A stretch of 64,000 bases of DNA from Terriglobia bacterium (lineage in GTDB: Bacteria; Acidobacteriota; Terriglobia; JAJPHL01; JAPKYU01). Numbering within the stretch: position 1 is the first letter of the stretch; each line of letters begins with the position of its first letter. Location: the NCBI GenBank assembly GCA_965206645.1, contig CBDBKE010000003.1, positions 672,001 through 736,000 on the forward strand, written 5' to 3'. Positions 1 through 9,879 of the stretch are shown here, one piece after another. The translations under genes were made by a program, and so were the position numbers. Below the pieces are notes generated by a model that worked only from the letters and a program-made list of their open reading frames with translations, did not search any database and had not been told where the DNA came from.

Positions 1-1034
1 AGCGGGCCACAGATGCCTTCGAGAGCACCCGTCGCAAGGTCAAAGGGTTCTTGAATGCCGCCGACCTACGGGAAATCATCTTCGTGCGGGGCGCCACCGA
101 GGCCATCAACCTGGTAGCGCACAGCTTCGGCCGCACGCACGTCGAGCGGGGCGACGAGGTGCTCATCTCGGCCATGGAGCACCACTCCAACATCGTCCCC
201 TGGCAGATCCTGTGCGAGGAGAAGGGGGCCATGCTGCGGGTGGCGCCCATCAACGACCGCGGGGAACTGCTGCTGGAGGAGTTCGAGAAGCTACTGAACG
301 AGCGCACTCGGCTGGTGGCGGTGGCCCACGTCTCCAATGCCCTGGGAACCATCAACCCGATCCGGAAGATCATCGAGATTGCCCACCGCCGGAATGTGCC
401 GGTGCTGGTGGATGGAGCGCAGGCGGCGCCGCACCTGAAGGTGGACGTACAGGCGCTGGACTGCGACTTCTACACATTCTCCGGGCACAAGATGTTTGGC
501 CCCACCGGCATCGGCGTGCTCTACGGCAAGGCGCGGTGGCTGGAAGAGATGCCCCCCTACCAGGGCGGCGGCGACATGATCAGCTCCGTCACCTTCGAGA
601 AAACTATCTACAACACGCTGCCCTACAAATTTGAGGCCGGCACGCCCAACATCGCCGCTACCATCGGGCTGGGCGCAGCCATTGACTATCTGACCCAGGT
701 GGGACTGGAGAACGTCGCCGCCTACGAGCACGAGCTGCTCGGCTACGGCACCGAGGCCCTTCGGCAGATTCCGGGCGTACGTCTGATCGGTACCGCGCGG
801 GAGAAGGCCAGCGTGCTGTCGTTCCTCATTGATGGGATTCACCCCCACGACGCGGGCACTGTGCTGGACTACGAAGGCATTGCCGTTCGCACCGGCCATC
901 ATTGCGCCCAGCCGGTGATGCGGCGCTTCGGCGTTCCAGCCACTACGCGCGCCTCGCTGGCCTTCTACAACACCCGGGAAGAGCTGGACGCGCTAGCGGC
1001 CGGCATCCGCAAGGTGCAGGGGGTGTTTCGCTGA
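1..1034 (+). CDS. sufS: SufS-type cysteine desulfurase (5' end outside window)
   Basis: MEHHSN, SGHKMFGPTG PLP-lysine motif, RTGHHCAQP catalytic Cys motif of group II desulfurases. Confidence 0.95.
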   Translation, partial: RATDAFESTRRKVKGFLNAADLREIIFVRGATEAINLVAHSFGRTHVERGDEVLISAMEHHSNIVPWQILCEEKGAMLRVAPINDRGELLLEEFEKLLNERTRLVAVAHVSNALGTINPIRKIIEIAHRRNVPVLVDGAQAAPHLKVDVQALDCDFYTFSGHKMFGPTGIGVLYGKARWLEEMPPYQGGGDMISSVTFEKTIYNTLPYKFEAGTPNIAATIGLGAAIDYLTQVGLENVAAYEHELLGYGTEALRQIPGVRLIGTAREKASVLSFLIDGIHPHDAGTVLDYEGIAVRTGHHCAQPVMRRFGVPATTRASLAFYNTREELDALAAGIRKVQGVFR

Positions 1035-1501
1035 TGCCCGAGGAGATGCTGGCGGACCTGAACGATCTCTACCAGGAGGTCATCATCGACCACAGCCGGA
1101 GGCCCCGCAACTTCAAGGAGCTGGAAGGAGCGACCGGCGACGCGGAAGGGTATAATCCGCTGTGTGGCGACCGGGTTCGGATTTACGTGAAGCTGGAGGA
1201 TGACCGGGTGCGCGACATCAGCTTTGAGGGCTCCGGCTGTGCTATCTCCACCGCTTCAGCTTCCATCCTGACCGAGAGCCTGAAAGGCAAGAGCCGGGTG
1301 GAGGCGGAAACCCTGTTTGAGAAGTTTCATCAGCTGGTGACCGAAGGAGACCGCGGCGGCGTACCGGCGGCCGAACTGGGTAAGCTGGCGGTGTTCTCCG
1401 GCGTTTCGAAGTATCCGGTGCGGGTCAAGTGCGCCACGCTGGCCTGGCACACCCTGCGCGCCGCCATGCGGGGAAGCGGCGAAATCACCTCCACGGAGTG
1501 A
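1034..1501 (+). CDS. sufU: SufU/NifU-like Fe-S assembly sulfur-transfer protein
   Basis: ATG overlaps sufS TGA; LYQEVIIDH, NPLCGD, GCAIS, RVKCATLAW. Confidence 0.93.
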   Translation: MPEEMLADLNDLYQEVIIDHSRRPRNFKELEGATGDAEGYNPLCGDRVRIYVKLEDDRVRDISFEGSGCAISTASASILTESLKGKSRVEAETLFEKFHQLVTEGDRGGVPAAELGKLAVFSGVSKYPVRVKCATLAWHTLRAAMRGSGEITSTE

Positions 1502-1506
1502 TTCCA

Positions 1507-1827
1507 ATGGGATTTCACGAACTGATTGCCATCGAAGAGAAAGCGATCGAGCAGTTGACCACCTGCTACGATCCGGAGATTCCAGTCAACATTTACGAGC
1601 TGGGGTTGATCTACGAGGTGAAGGTAGAGCCCCCCGGGCAGGTCAACGTCAAGATGACCCTCACCTCGCCCTCCTGTCCGGTGGCGGGCACCCTGCCCCT
1701 GGAGGTGGAGGCCAAGCTGAAGGCCGTTCCCGGCGTCACCGGGGCCAAAGTGGAGGTGGTTTGGGACCCGCCCTGGGACCAGAGCAAGATGTCGGAAAGC
1801 GCCAAGCTCAACCTTGGTTTTATGTGA
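1507..1827 (+). CDS. sufT: SufT/DUF59 (PaaD-like) Fe-S assembly protein
   Basis: DPEIPVNIYELGLIY, TSPSCPVA, WDPPW motifs. Confidence 0.9.
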   Translation: MGFHELIAIEEKAIEQLTTCYDPEIPVNIYELGLIYEVKVEPPGQVNVKMTLTSPSCPVAGTLPLEVEAKLKAVPGVTGAKVEVVWDPPWDQSKMSESAKLNLGFM

Positions 1828-1883
1828 GGGGCTTTATGTGAAGGGGCTTCGTGTTCGATCCGGTCCGGTAGGAGGATTTGACG

Positions 1884-2390
1884 ATGAAATTGAGTGCCCA
1901 AGAAGAATACGGGTTGCGCTGCCTGCTCCAGATCGGGCGTCTGGGGGCTGGGGGGAGCCTGGCGATTTCCGAGATCAGCCGAGCCGAGGGAATCTCCAAC
2001 CATTATGTGGGCAAACTCATGGGGATTCTGCGGCGCGGCGGGCTGGTGAAGAGCGTGCGTGGCCACACAGGAGGCTATACCCTGGCGCGCGCACCCGATC
2101 AGATCAATGTGGGTCAGGTGCTGGCAGTGCTCGGGGAACGGTTGTTTGAACCAGAGTTTTGCGAACGGCACTCAGGCACCGAGGAGGTTTGCACGCACTC
2201 AGTGGATTGCTCCATCCGCTCGCTGTGGCGCGCGGTGCAACTGGTCCTGGACCAGGTGTTGAGCAGGACCACTCTGAAGGACCTGCTGGGCAACGAGCAG
2301 GAGATGAGTGACTGGGTCGGCAACCTGGTCGAGGTGTCCGGGGTCATGGACTATCCGCGCCTTCCTTTTGTCTCCGGCAAGAGAGTGTGA
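1884..2390 (+). CDS. Rrf2-family Fe-S assembly transcriptional regulator
   Basis: EYGLR..., SVRGHTGGYTLAR wing, three C-terminal Cys (FC...VC...DC). Confidence 0.9.
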   Translation: MKLSAQEEYGLRCLLQIGRLGAGGSLAISEISRAEGISNHYVGKLMGILRRGGLVKSVRGHTGGYTLARAPDQINVGQVLAVLGERLFEPEFCERHSGTEEVCTHSVDCSIRSLWRAVQLVLDQVLSRTTLKDLLGNEQEMSDWVGNLVEVSGVMDYPRLPFVSGKRV

Positions 2391-2441
2391 GCGCCGGCGT
2401 GAGGCTGCAGACTTGAGGCTGGAGGCCGGGGACTTGCGAAA

Positions 2442-3662
2442 ATGGCGGTGAAGCTGCCGATCTACATGGACCATCACGCCACCACCCCGGTGGACCCGCG
2501 GGTGTTTGAGGCAATGGCACCCTTCTTTCTGGAGAAGTTCGGCAATGCGGCCAGCCGCAACCACGTCTTCGGCTGGGAAGCCGAGCAGGCGGTGGAGGAG
2601 GCCCGCAAGCAGGTGGCCGCGCTCATTCACGCCAGCTCCAAGGAGATCATCTTCACCTCCGGGGCCACCGAAAGCGACAATTTGGCCATCAAGGGTGTGG
2701 CGTGGCGGCACCGCGAACGCGGTAATCATATCGTCACCTGTGTAACGGAGCACCGGGCAGTGCTGGATACCTGCCGGCGCCTGGAGCAGGAAGGTTTCCG
2801 GGTGAGCTACCTGCCGGTAAACGAATCAGGCCAGGTGGACCCCGACGATGTGCGGCGGGCCATCGGGGACCAAACCATTCTGGTGACGCTGATGGCCGCC
2901 AACAACGAGATCGGCGTGCTGCACCCGCTAGCGGAGGTCGGACGCATCTGTCACGACAGGCACGACAGGCGCGACAGGGAAGTGCTGTTCCACTGCGACG
3001 CCACTCAGGCGGCGGGCAAGGTACCGTTTGACGTCGAGAAAGTGCAGGTGGACCTGGCCTCACTCTCGGCTCACAAGATGTACGGGCCCAAAGGCGTAGG
3101 CGCCCTCTACGTCCGACGGCGCGATCGGCGTGTGGAGTTGGCCCCCCTGCTGGATGGCGGCGGGCACGAGCGTGGACTGCGCTCCGGCACCCTGCCGGTG
3201 CCCAGCATTGTGGGCTTCGGCAAGGCGTGCGAGTTGGCCCAGCGGGAGATGCCCGAGGAGGCCCGACGTCTGGCGGGCCTGCGCGACCGGCTGCAAGAGG
3301 GAATCCTGGCCCGGCTGGACGAAGTCCATCTGAACGGGCACCCGAGGGAGCGGCTGCCAGCCAACCTTAACCTAAGCTTCGCTTACGTGGAAGGCGAGTC
3401 GCTGCTGATGGGGCTAAACGACGTGGCGGTTTCTAGCGGCTCGGCTTGCACTTCGGCCTCCCAGGAGCCCTCCTATGTGCTGCGGGCGCTGGGACTGGAG
3501 GAAGATCTGGCCCAGGCTTCCCTTCGCTTCGGCCTCGGCCGCTTCAACACCGAGGAGGAGGTGGACTACGTGGTGGAGCGCGTCGCCAGTGTCGTCCACC
3601 AGTTGCGCGAACTCTCGCCGCTGTACGAAGCTGAGCGGCTGGGTTCCTCCAAAGTCTCCTAA
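2442..3662 (+). CDS. iscS: IscS-type cysteine desulfurase
   Basis: [28 protein letters not shown] group I motif. Confidence 0.95.
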   Translation: MAVKLPIYMDHHATTPVDPRVFEAMAPFFLEKFGNAASRNHVFGWEAEQAVEEARKQVAALIHASSKEIIFTSGATESDNLAIKGVAWRHRERGNHIVTCVTEHRAVLDTCRRLEQEGFRVSYLPVNESGQVDPDDVRRAIGDQTILVTLMAANNEIGVLHPLAEVGRICHDRHDRRDREVLFHCDATQAAGKVPFDVEKVQVDLASLSAHKMYGPKGVGALYVRRRDRRVELAPLLDGGGHERGLRSGTLPVPSIVGFGKACELAQREMPEEARRLAGLRDRLQEGILARLDEVHLNGHPRERLPANLNLSFAYVEGESLLMGLNDVAVSSGSACTSASQEPSYVLRALGLEEDLAQASLRFGLGRFNTEEEVDYVVERVASVVHQLRELSPLYEAERLGSSKVS

Positions 3663-3712
3663 GGCAGCCAGGCGCGTGAAGGGGCCTGGTCCTGCGCGAT
3701 GAAGGAACGGAT

Positions 3713-4030
3713 ATGATTCAGTTGACCGAGAGCGCCATCCGCAAGGTGCGGACGATGATGGAGCAGGAACACCAGGCCGGGTTGCGCCTGGGCGTTCGGG
3801 GAGGAGGATGTTCGGGACTCACCTACGTTATCCGGTTTGAGAAGGCGCCCGGCCGCAAGGACCGCACCTTTGAATTTGATGGAGCCAAGGTCTTCATGGA
3901 CCCCAAGAGCTTGCTCTACCTGAAAGGGTTGACCCTGGACTGGAAGGAAACGCTGATGGAGCAGTGCTTCCTGCTCGAGAATCCCAACGCCCAGAAGAGT
4001 TGTGGATGCGGCGCTTCCTTCAGCCCCTGA
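3713..4030 (+). CDS. iscA: HesB/IscA A-type Fe-S carrier
   Basis: GGGCSG and CGCGASF motifs. Confidence 0.92.
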   Translation: MIQLTESAIRKVRTMMEQEHQAGLRLGVRGGGCSGLTYVIRFEKAPGRKDRTFEFDGAKVFMDPKSLLYLKGLTLDWKETLMEQCFLLENPNAQKSCGCGASFSP

Positions 4031-4102
4031 ACTTCTCGTGGCCCGCTGATGTGTGTTTTGGATGTCCTGGTGGGGAAATAGCTAGCGCTTTGTAGGAGTC
4101 AG

Positions 4103-4672
4103 TTAAGGCCCTTGTTTCTTTTCCTTTGCTTTTTCCTCGGGCGGTATCCGAAGTCCGTAGTCTACGGGCTCCGGCTGAGGGAGCAATTCCTTCTTTGATC
4201 TCTGGATTTCCCCCAGCTTGGTGCGGTCCATCGCCAATTGGTTATCCAGCTTCAGCAGTTCCTTCCGCTTTTCCTCGAATTGCGCGTTGATGGCCAGCTG
4301 CTCCAGTTGAGAGGAGGCCGCGCTCATCCGTTTTTCCAAGGCTCGGATTCCCGTCAGCAACTCCTCGCGTCGCCCCTGGAGCCAGTCCACTTCACCCTGG
4401 GCTCTTACTTCCCGCGAGTCCAGTTCTTCAAGCGCCTCCTTCAGCGCGGCCTCTTTCTTGCTCACGGGCTCTTCCTTGAGCCCGGATTCGGCCTTGATCT
4501 CCTCTCTGAGCGCCGGGCGTTCCGGGAAATCGTCGTTGGTCCAGACCTTTTTTGCCTTCCGAGGTTGTTTCTTCTTTGCCGCCTCCGCTAGCGTCGTCTG
4601 CTGGGCCCCGACCCCAGAGCCCCCCAGCGCCAGAATCAATGCGATCATCAGATTCACCCAAGCCTGCCTCAT
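4103..4672 (-). CDS. Secreted coiled-coil hypothetical protein
   Basis: Signal peptide, KKVWTNDD motif, long heptad-rich helix; starts 12 bp after pilX-like stop. Confidence 0.75.
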   Translation of the reverse strand: MRQAWVNLMIALILALGGSGVGAQQTTLAEAAKKKQPRKAKKVWTNDDFPERPALREEIKAESGLKEEPVSKKEAALKEALEELDSREVRAQGEVDWLQGRREELLTGIRALEKRMSAASSQLEQLAINAQFEEKRKELLKLDNQLAMDRTKLGEIQRSKKELLPQPEPVDYGLRIPPEEKAKEKKQGP

Positions 4673-4683
4673 GAAATTCCCCC

Positions 4684-6303
4684 TCAGAAAACGTCGCGGC
4701 TCTGATTCACGGTTCGGAACGGAGCCACCATGACTTTCAACCGGGCCAGCGCCAGATCATAGTGGATCTGCACACCACCCATGGTGATTATGTCCCTTGC
4801 GGTGATGGCCCCATAGACTTGCGTGTTGCCGTGTATTTTCACCGTCGCATTGGGGGCATAAATGGTGCCACAGAATCCACTTTCGCCGCCCAGCTCGACC
4901 TGGGTCGTACCCGAGTAGAAAATGGCAAATCGGGTGGGATCACAATTGCCCGCTGATGCCGCAAGTAAGCCACCACCAGCCAAGTCCAAAAGGTTAGTTA
5001 CATAAACATATACCGGAGGGCAGCGAGCCGTGACCGGATCGGCACCCGAGCACAGAACGCTGGTTGTTCCCTTGACAATCCTTACCGTAGTCATCCCAGC
5101 CTGGACGAAACCTCCTGCGAAGAACCTACTCGGCGCGGCTGGCCCTGAACTCTCGTCCACAGGGGTAACGCTAATCTCCAAATTTTCCCCACCGGTAAGA
5201 CCGCAACCTCCATACAAGTTGTCAGTAGGCGTGTTCGGAGTGTACCTGTACAAGTTCTTACTGACTAGGTAGGTCGTCCCTGAGCAACTATCTCCCTTGC
5301 CGGCAGTAAAAGTCGGAGTAATCGGCGGGTACGGCATTGAGGGGTACTCCTCGAGGTCCACTTGTACGATACTGTCGGCCACACTTTCACCTGGGGTGGT
5401 GGTGCAGGCGGGTGTTGCCGCGGGGTCGTTCACCGCGCCGTAGTAGAGATCGCCATTGATCACGGCGTCGGTTCCCGAGGCACCAGTGAAAGAGTTGGAG
5501 GCGACCGAGGCGCCCGCATCCGGCCCGGTGAATAAGTTCGAGCCCCCGTAAGATCCGTTGCTCGAATTAAAGGCATCGGTGGTGAGCTCGCCATTCATTT
5601 GCAGCGAGCACTGGCCCTGGAGCGCATTGCCGAATATGGGAAGTGGCGCCGTCTGGAGGACGGCGGTCTCCTCTACCACGGCCAGCTCTCTGCCCGCCCC
5701 GTCTCTTATCCTGCCCTGCACGCGCAGCCGCCAACGCTCGACGATGCGGCCCGTGACACCATCGAAGGCCTTGTAGCGGTCATGAGAGAGCAGCGTGGCG
5801 TCCTTGATGGTGAAGTCGCCGGTCGTGTTTTCAAGCGCGATCGTGTTCAGTGTGCTGCGCATGCTGCTGAAACTGTTCGCAATGGTATTGGAAGAGACGG
5901 TGGGGAAGTTAGCGCTGTCGCCCAGCACGACAGGGTTGCTGCTGAGGGTGGGTGCGTTCGAGGTGCCCCCGTAAGTGCTGGCGAGGACCGGCGGGTTGGT
6001 CGCCGCGAGCGGACTTCCCGTCACGGAATTGAGCCACGGGCTGTAAGTAACGCGGAACCAGTCCACCGTCCGATGCACACCCGCTAGGGCGGTATAGCTG
6101 GCCTGAATCTGATTCTTGTAGTTGAAGCTGGCAAGGGCGTCCGCGTTGGTCACAACCAGCAGGGCGGCCGCCAGCAGCGACAGTATGAGGATGCCCATCA
6201 GGGCGAAGACCAGGGCCATGCCACGCTCGTCTTTTCTCTTCTGAGATGGGCCCTTTTGAACTGGGCCAGCTATGCGAGGTTGTGGGTTCGGCGTTCGGTG
6301 CAT
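4684..6303 (-). CDS. PilX-like type IV pilus assembly protein with large C-terminal domain
   Basis: ERG|MALVFALMGILILSLL PilX-type N-terminus (no Glu5); C-terminal GTIYAPNATV..G...YGAI..IHYD motif. Confidence 0.85.
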   Translation of the reverse strand: MHRTPNPQPRIAGPVQKGPSQKRKDERGMALVFALMGILILSLLAAALLVVTNADALASFNYKNQIQASYTALAGVHRTVDWFRVTYSPWLNSVTGSPLAATNPPVLASTYGGTSNAPTLSSNPVVLGDSANFPTVSSNTIANSFSSMRSTLNTIALENTTGDFTIKDATLLSHDRYKAFDGVTGRIVERWRLRVQGRIRDGAGRELAVVEETAVLQTAPLPIFGNALQGQCSLQMNGELTTDAFNSSNGSYGGSNLFTGPDAGASVASNSFTGASGTDAVINGDLYYGAVNDPAATPACTTTPGESVADSIVQVDLEEYPSMPYPPITPTFTAGKGDSCSGTTYLVSKNLYRYTPNTPTDNLYGGCGLTGGENLEISVTPVDESSGPAAPSRFFAGGFVQAGMTTVRIVKGTTSVLCSGADPVTARCPPVYVYVTNLLDLAGGGLLAASAGNCDPTRFAIFYSGTTQVELGGESGFCGTIYAPNATVKIHGNTQVYGAITARDIITMGGVQIHYDLALARLKVMVAPFRTVNQSRDVF

Positions 6304-6316
6304 TTTCTTCCCCCTC

Positions 6317-7471
6317 CTATGGCGCCAGCGGAACAGCCGGGGGCTTGTCAGGCACCCAACGCTGCAGCCCGTCCAGGCTGACCTCCAGAGCGTGCCGGAT
6401 GTTGCGCGGCGCAAAGGTTTGCCGCACTTCGACGGTGGTGGTCCCGCCGGTTCCGCGCTCCACCGAGGCCTGGGTGCGCAATTGCAGGTTCACTTCGACC
6501 CCTAGCACGTAAAAGTGGGCCACAGAAGCACAGGGAGTCACCGCTGTAGCGTACGAGGAGTTCAGGTACGTAACGTAAGCGAGCGTGGGAAGCGTGCCGG
6601 TACGGCACAGCACGAAATAGTTGAACACACCCTCTGTCGGCGTGTTCATCAGGTTGTCGGCGACGATGACTGCTGCATTCTGCGTGGTGATGGTGCAACC
6701 GGTGGCGGTGCCGGGCACGCAGGAGTCGGACCGCCACAGAGCGCAAGGCGGCGTGGTGCAAGCCGTCGTGCTGCCGGTGGCGGCGCGATAGCGGTATTCA
6801 ACGTAGCGCAGGGTGCCGTCGTCGCGGAAGTCTCCCATGAGTTTCAAAGTGGTTGCGTTGGAGCCTGTGGTGTTGGTAATAAGATTGCCAGTGGCAGGAT
6901 CTCTCGTCACCGGTGCCAGGATTCCCTCCGGGTAGGGCACATCGCTGAGCCGTACTGGACGCGTGGCGGCATGATCCACCCGGAAAAGCCCGGTGACCGA
7001 ATTGCTGCTGTGGGTCACAGCTGACAGCGGTACAGGTTCCTGATCCATGCCGGTGTCCACAATGATGACGCTGCCCGGAAAAATACCAGTGCTATCGGCC
7101 AGCGTGACGGTCTGGGTGCCGATGGCGATGATCGCCGAATTTGTGGTGCTCCTTCCCCTATAAAAACCCGCCTGGCCGATGTCCATGGCCAGCAGGTCCG
7201 TGGTCGACTTGCCCGTCTGACCGATCCCGCTGGTGCGCTGAGCCTGGGTGTAGCGTTGCTGGAGCATACTCATGAACTGCATCAGCGCCCCCAGGATGAT
7301 GCTCAGCACTACGATGCTAATCAACAACTCCACCAGGGAGAAACCACGGCTGCCGGCAGGCCAGCTGGCGGCAGGAATGATCCGTCCAGCTCCCTTATGC
7401 AAGCGAACTGGCTTATGCGAGCGAACTGGGAAAATCGTCATGTCTGTCATCGCGCCAATCCATGAATCCAC
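6317..7471 (-). CDS. PilW-like minor pilin
   Basis: RG|FSLVELLISIVV prepilin motif, MDIGQAG. Confidence 0.85.
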   Translation of the reverse strand: MDSWIGAMTDMTIFPVRSHKPVRLHKGAGRIIPAASWPAGSRGFSLVELLISIVVLSIILGALMQFMSMLQQRYTQAQRTSGIGQTGKSTTDLLAMDIGQAGFYRGRSTTNSAIIAIGTQTVTLADSTGIFPGSVIIVDTGMDQEPVPLSAVTHSSNSVTGLFRVDHAATRPVRLSDVPYPEGILAPVTRDPATGNLITNTTGSNATTLKLMGDFRDDGTLRYVEYRYRAATGSTTACTTPPCALWRSDSCVPGTATGCTITTQNAAVIVADNLMNTPTEGVFNYFVLCRTGTLPTLAYVTYLNSSYATAVTPCASVAHFYVLGVEVNLQLRTQASVERGTGGTTTVEVRQTFAPRNIRHALEVSLDGLQRWVPDKPPAVPLAP

Positions 7472-7514
7472 GGGCTACGGCGCCGGAAGCACATTTCGTT
7501 CACGCTGTGGCCGT

Positions 7515-7988
7515 TCACACTGTGGGCGTGGGTGCTTGCTCATTGCTCTTGTAAGCGCCCACCGTGGCCGCAGGGCTCCTTCCCTGTCCGATCGCCTTGC
7601 CCAGGACCCGCACCCGAATCAGCTTGAGGCCGGCCGGCAGGCCAGTGGTGCTTACAACCCAGCGCCGGGTGAAGAAGAGGTCGACCGCACCGCTGGTGGT
7701 GGAGGTCCCATCAACTTTCAGGTAGTCCACGTAGCCGCTGGTATTCGTGGTCAAGCTGCCTCCGGCATTGAGCTGTGTGTCGGCAAACCTGAGTGCCATG
7801 AAGATGTCCATTTGCTCAGCGGCCAGCGCAGCAGCCTGAGCCGCAGTGGTGCCCATGTCCTTGCTCTGCCGGGTGGCCAGGGTCACCAGTCCCGCCAGAC
7901 TGAACACCACGATCGTGCAGATGGCGACGGCGATCATCGTTTCGATCAGCGTGGTCCCGCTTTGCGAGTTAGAAGCTCGTTTCTGCAT
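7515..7988 (-). CDS. PilV-like minor pilin
   Basis: SG|TTLIETMIAVAI prepilin motif. Confidence 0.85.
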   Translation of the reverse strand: MQKRASNSQSGTTLIETMIAVAICTIVVFSLAGLVTLATRQSKDMGTTAAQAAALAAEQMDIFMALRFADTQLNAGGSLTTNTSGYVDYLKVDGTSTTSGAVDLFFTRRWVVSTTGLPAGLKLIRVRVLGKAIGQGRSPAATVGAYKSNEQAPTPTV

Positions 7989-8000
7989 GAACCCTCCGTG

Positions 8001-8600
8001 CTACTGCACCTCCCAGACGCTGCCGAAGCGCCGGTACACCGTTACCTTTCCCGCCAGGTTCGCACATACGGCAAGCGGCCGATCGGTGTCGCCCTGCAAG
8101 TAGAAGCAACGACCATTGACCGGAACTCCGGTGCTGGGATTGATCAGCAGACCGCGCGTGTTAAAGACCATGTCGGTGGCCTGGGTCGTGCTCTGTCCCG
8201 GCGGAGCCGCGCTGATTCCGGTGGTGCTGAAGTTGACGCCCGCAGCCAGGAGGTTAGAGGGCCACGGAACTTGCTGCGAGGCCGCCCCAACATCGAAAGT
8301 CAACCAGCCAGTGCCGCCCCGGGGGTAACGCTGCACCTGGTAGGTGCGCGCCGTGGTGTTCACCAGCGTCCGGTAGCGGGCGTCCCCGGTCGTGGCCTTG
8401 ATCCGGGCCAACCTCGCCGTGGCGGCAATCTCGAACGCAGTGCCGCTGAGCCGGTAGCTACGGATGGCCGGCGACATCCACTTAGCCGCCATGCCGGCCA
8501 GCACCATAATGATAACCACGACGATAATCAGTTCGATGATGCTAAAGCCGCTTTGGGAACTGCGCGTGCCTTCTGTTTCGTCGATCATTGGATGCCGCAT
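8001..8600 (-). CDS. FimT/GspH-like minor pilin
   Basis: SG|FSIIELIIVVVII, RLARIKA, VFNTRG. Confidence 0.87.
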   Translation of the reverse strand: MRHPMIDETEGTRSSQSGFSIIELIIVVVIIMVLAGMAAKWMSPAIRSYRLSGTAFEIAATARLARIKATTGDARYRTLVNTTARTYQVQRYPRGGTGWLTFDVGAASQQVPWPSNLLAAGVNFSTTGISAAPPGQSTTQATDMVFNTRGLLINPSTGVPVNGRCFYLQGDTDRPLAVCANLAGKVTVYRRFGSVWEVQ

Positions 8601-8904
8601 GAGAAAATCCTTCTCAACTACCAGCGGGGGATGAGCTTTTCGGGTTACCTCAGCAACCCAACTACAAAAGTCTACTCTCCGGACTTGCCCTTGTAAAGCC
8701 GCAACCGGCCCCCGGCGGAACCAAACGCCGCGAGTACCAAACTACACACGAAGGAGTTGCACGCTGGCGGCCAAATGTGCGGTTGCCGGATAAGGCCCGG
8801 GCCTACAACAGATTCCGAAACGGGTGAAGGTGCAAGGCGGTTGCCGAAACGGGGCGGGATGTTGCGTTTCTTCCCATTTTTCCCTCGTTGAGTAAACTGT
8901 TCAG

Positions 8905-9273
8905 GTGGGCAGCCGCCCCCTACGCCGCGTCAAGAGCTATTCCGGGGAGACCGGAGTTGTCTACCAGTACGTGTTTGTCAGCCAGCGGCGGGCAAAGCGC
9001 GGGTGGTGGCGCTCCGGCACCGAGTACGTGTTCGACGTCTCCGTGAACCGCAAGACCAACTTTCCGGTTCCGGTGTTCATCTATGACGACGCGGTGCGAT
9101 CCTGGGACAAGGTACACCGGCGCCCGCTGTCTCCCACCGAGCAATACGCCGCCGCCAAGATGCGGCTGTTCCGCGCCTTCGATCAGAGCGAGCAGCTTCA
9201 GCAGGAAGCCGCCAGCATCGTAGTGGATGCCGCCACCATCGAGGAGCTGCTGTCGGCGCTCGACATCAGCTAG
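8905..9273 (+). CDS. Hypothetical protein
   Basis: 122-aa ORF with normal codon usage (RRVKSYSGETGVVYQY...YAAAKMRLFRAFD). Confidence 0.75.
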   Translation: MGSRPLRRVKSYSGETGVVYQYVFVSQRRAKRGWWRSGTEYVFDVSVNRKTNFPVPVFIYDDAVRSWDKVHRRPLSPTEQYAAAKMRLFRAFDQSEQLQQEAASIVVDAATIEELLSALDIS

Positions 9274-9472
9274 CGTGCCGGTGAAATAGCTGGCACAGGT
9301 AGGAACGGCTGCACAGCCGCTCAGAAACCCAACAGTGCGATACAGACATTCTGTTGTGCGTCTCGCTGGAATCGTTCAAAGGAAGACGTTTCAGCGGCCT
9401 GCAGTGGTTTCTGCGGAAGGTCGACTCCTCGCTACGCAGTCTGCCGGGCGTGGGCGTGCGACGCGGAGACCA

Positions 9473-9506
9473 AAAAAGTAAATGGGCCTCGCTGTTGGCG
9501 AGGCCC
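9473..9506 (-). terminator. Intrinsic terminator of Lys-rich mini gene
   Basis: GGGCCTCGC-N5-GCGAGGCCC hairpin followed on - strand by ATTTACTTTTTT. Confidence 0.8.
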
Positions 9507-9531
9507 GGTCGAATCTTGACGAAGTTGAAAG

Positions 9532-9597
9532 CTACTTCTTTTTCTTTTTGCCTTTTGCTTTCTTCTTCGCCGCTTTCTTCTTAGCTGCGCATTTCAT
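9532..9597 (-). CDS. 21-aa Lys-rich peptide MKCAAKKKAAKKKAKGKKKKK
   Basis: SD-like AAGGGAGA upstream of ATG, own promoter and terminator; below ORF-track size limit. Confidence 0.7.
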   Translation of the reverse strand: MKCAAKKKAAKKKAKGKKKKK

Positions 9598-9649
9598 CAG
9601 CTTTTCTCCCTTCTCATCACAATGCATTCTGCATCGTGATGATGTTCCA

Positions 9650-9678
9650 TGTATAGAGGTTGACTACGTTGATGTCAA
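9650..9678 (-). promoter_or_regulatory. sigma70 promoter
   Basis: TTGACA-N17-TATACA on - strand. Confidence 0.75.
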
Positions 9679-9879
9679 GAGAAAAGTGAATCGAGGAATA
9701 CAACCATCCAATCGGAAACCTTCGCCGATGAACGACGATTGAAACTAGGGGTTCGCTACTTGCGTCCAGTTTAAGTGGGAATCGAGCGAGAAGAGTGACC
9801 GCGCGCTGCGCTGCATTGTCGGAGAAACAGTCTGCTGCTTTGACAGGCCAGTAGCTGCGAAACGATCGGATTTCCCAAA

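Noticed and set aside
8640-8880. sigma54 promoter or c-di-GMP riboswitch before the pilin operon
   Set aside because: The -24 GG is missing and there is no convincing GEMM structure; only a weak CCGAAACGGG repeat
9311-9402. MITE with CAGCCGCTCAGAAA / TTTCAGCGGCCTGC ends
   Set aside because: IRs too degenerate, with no second full copy or TSD in the window
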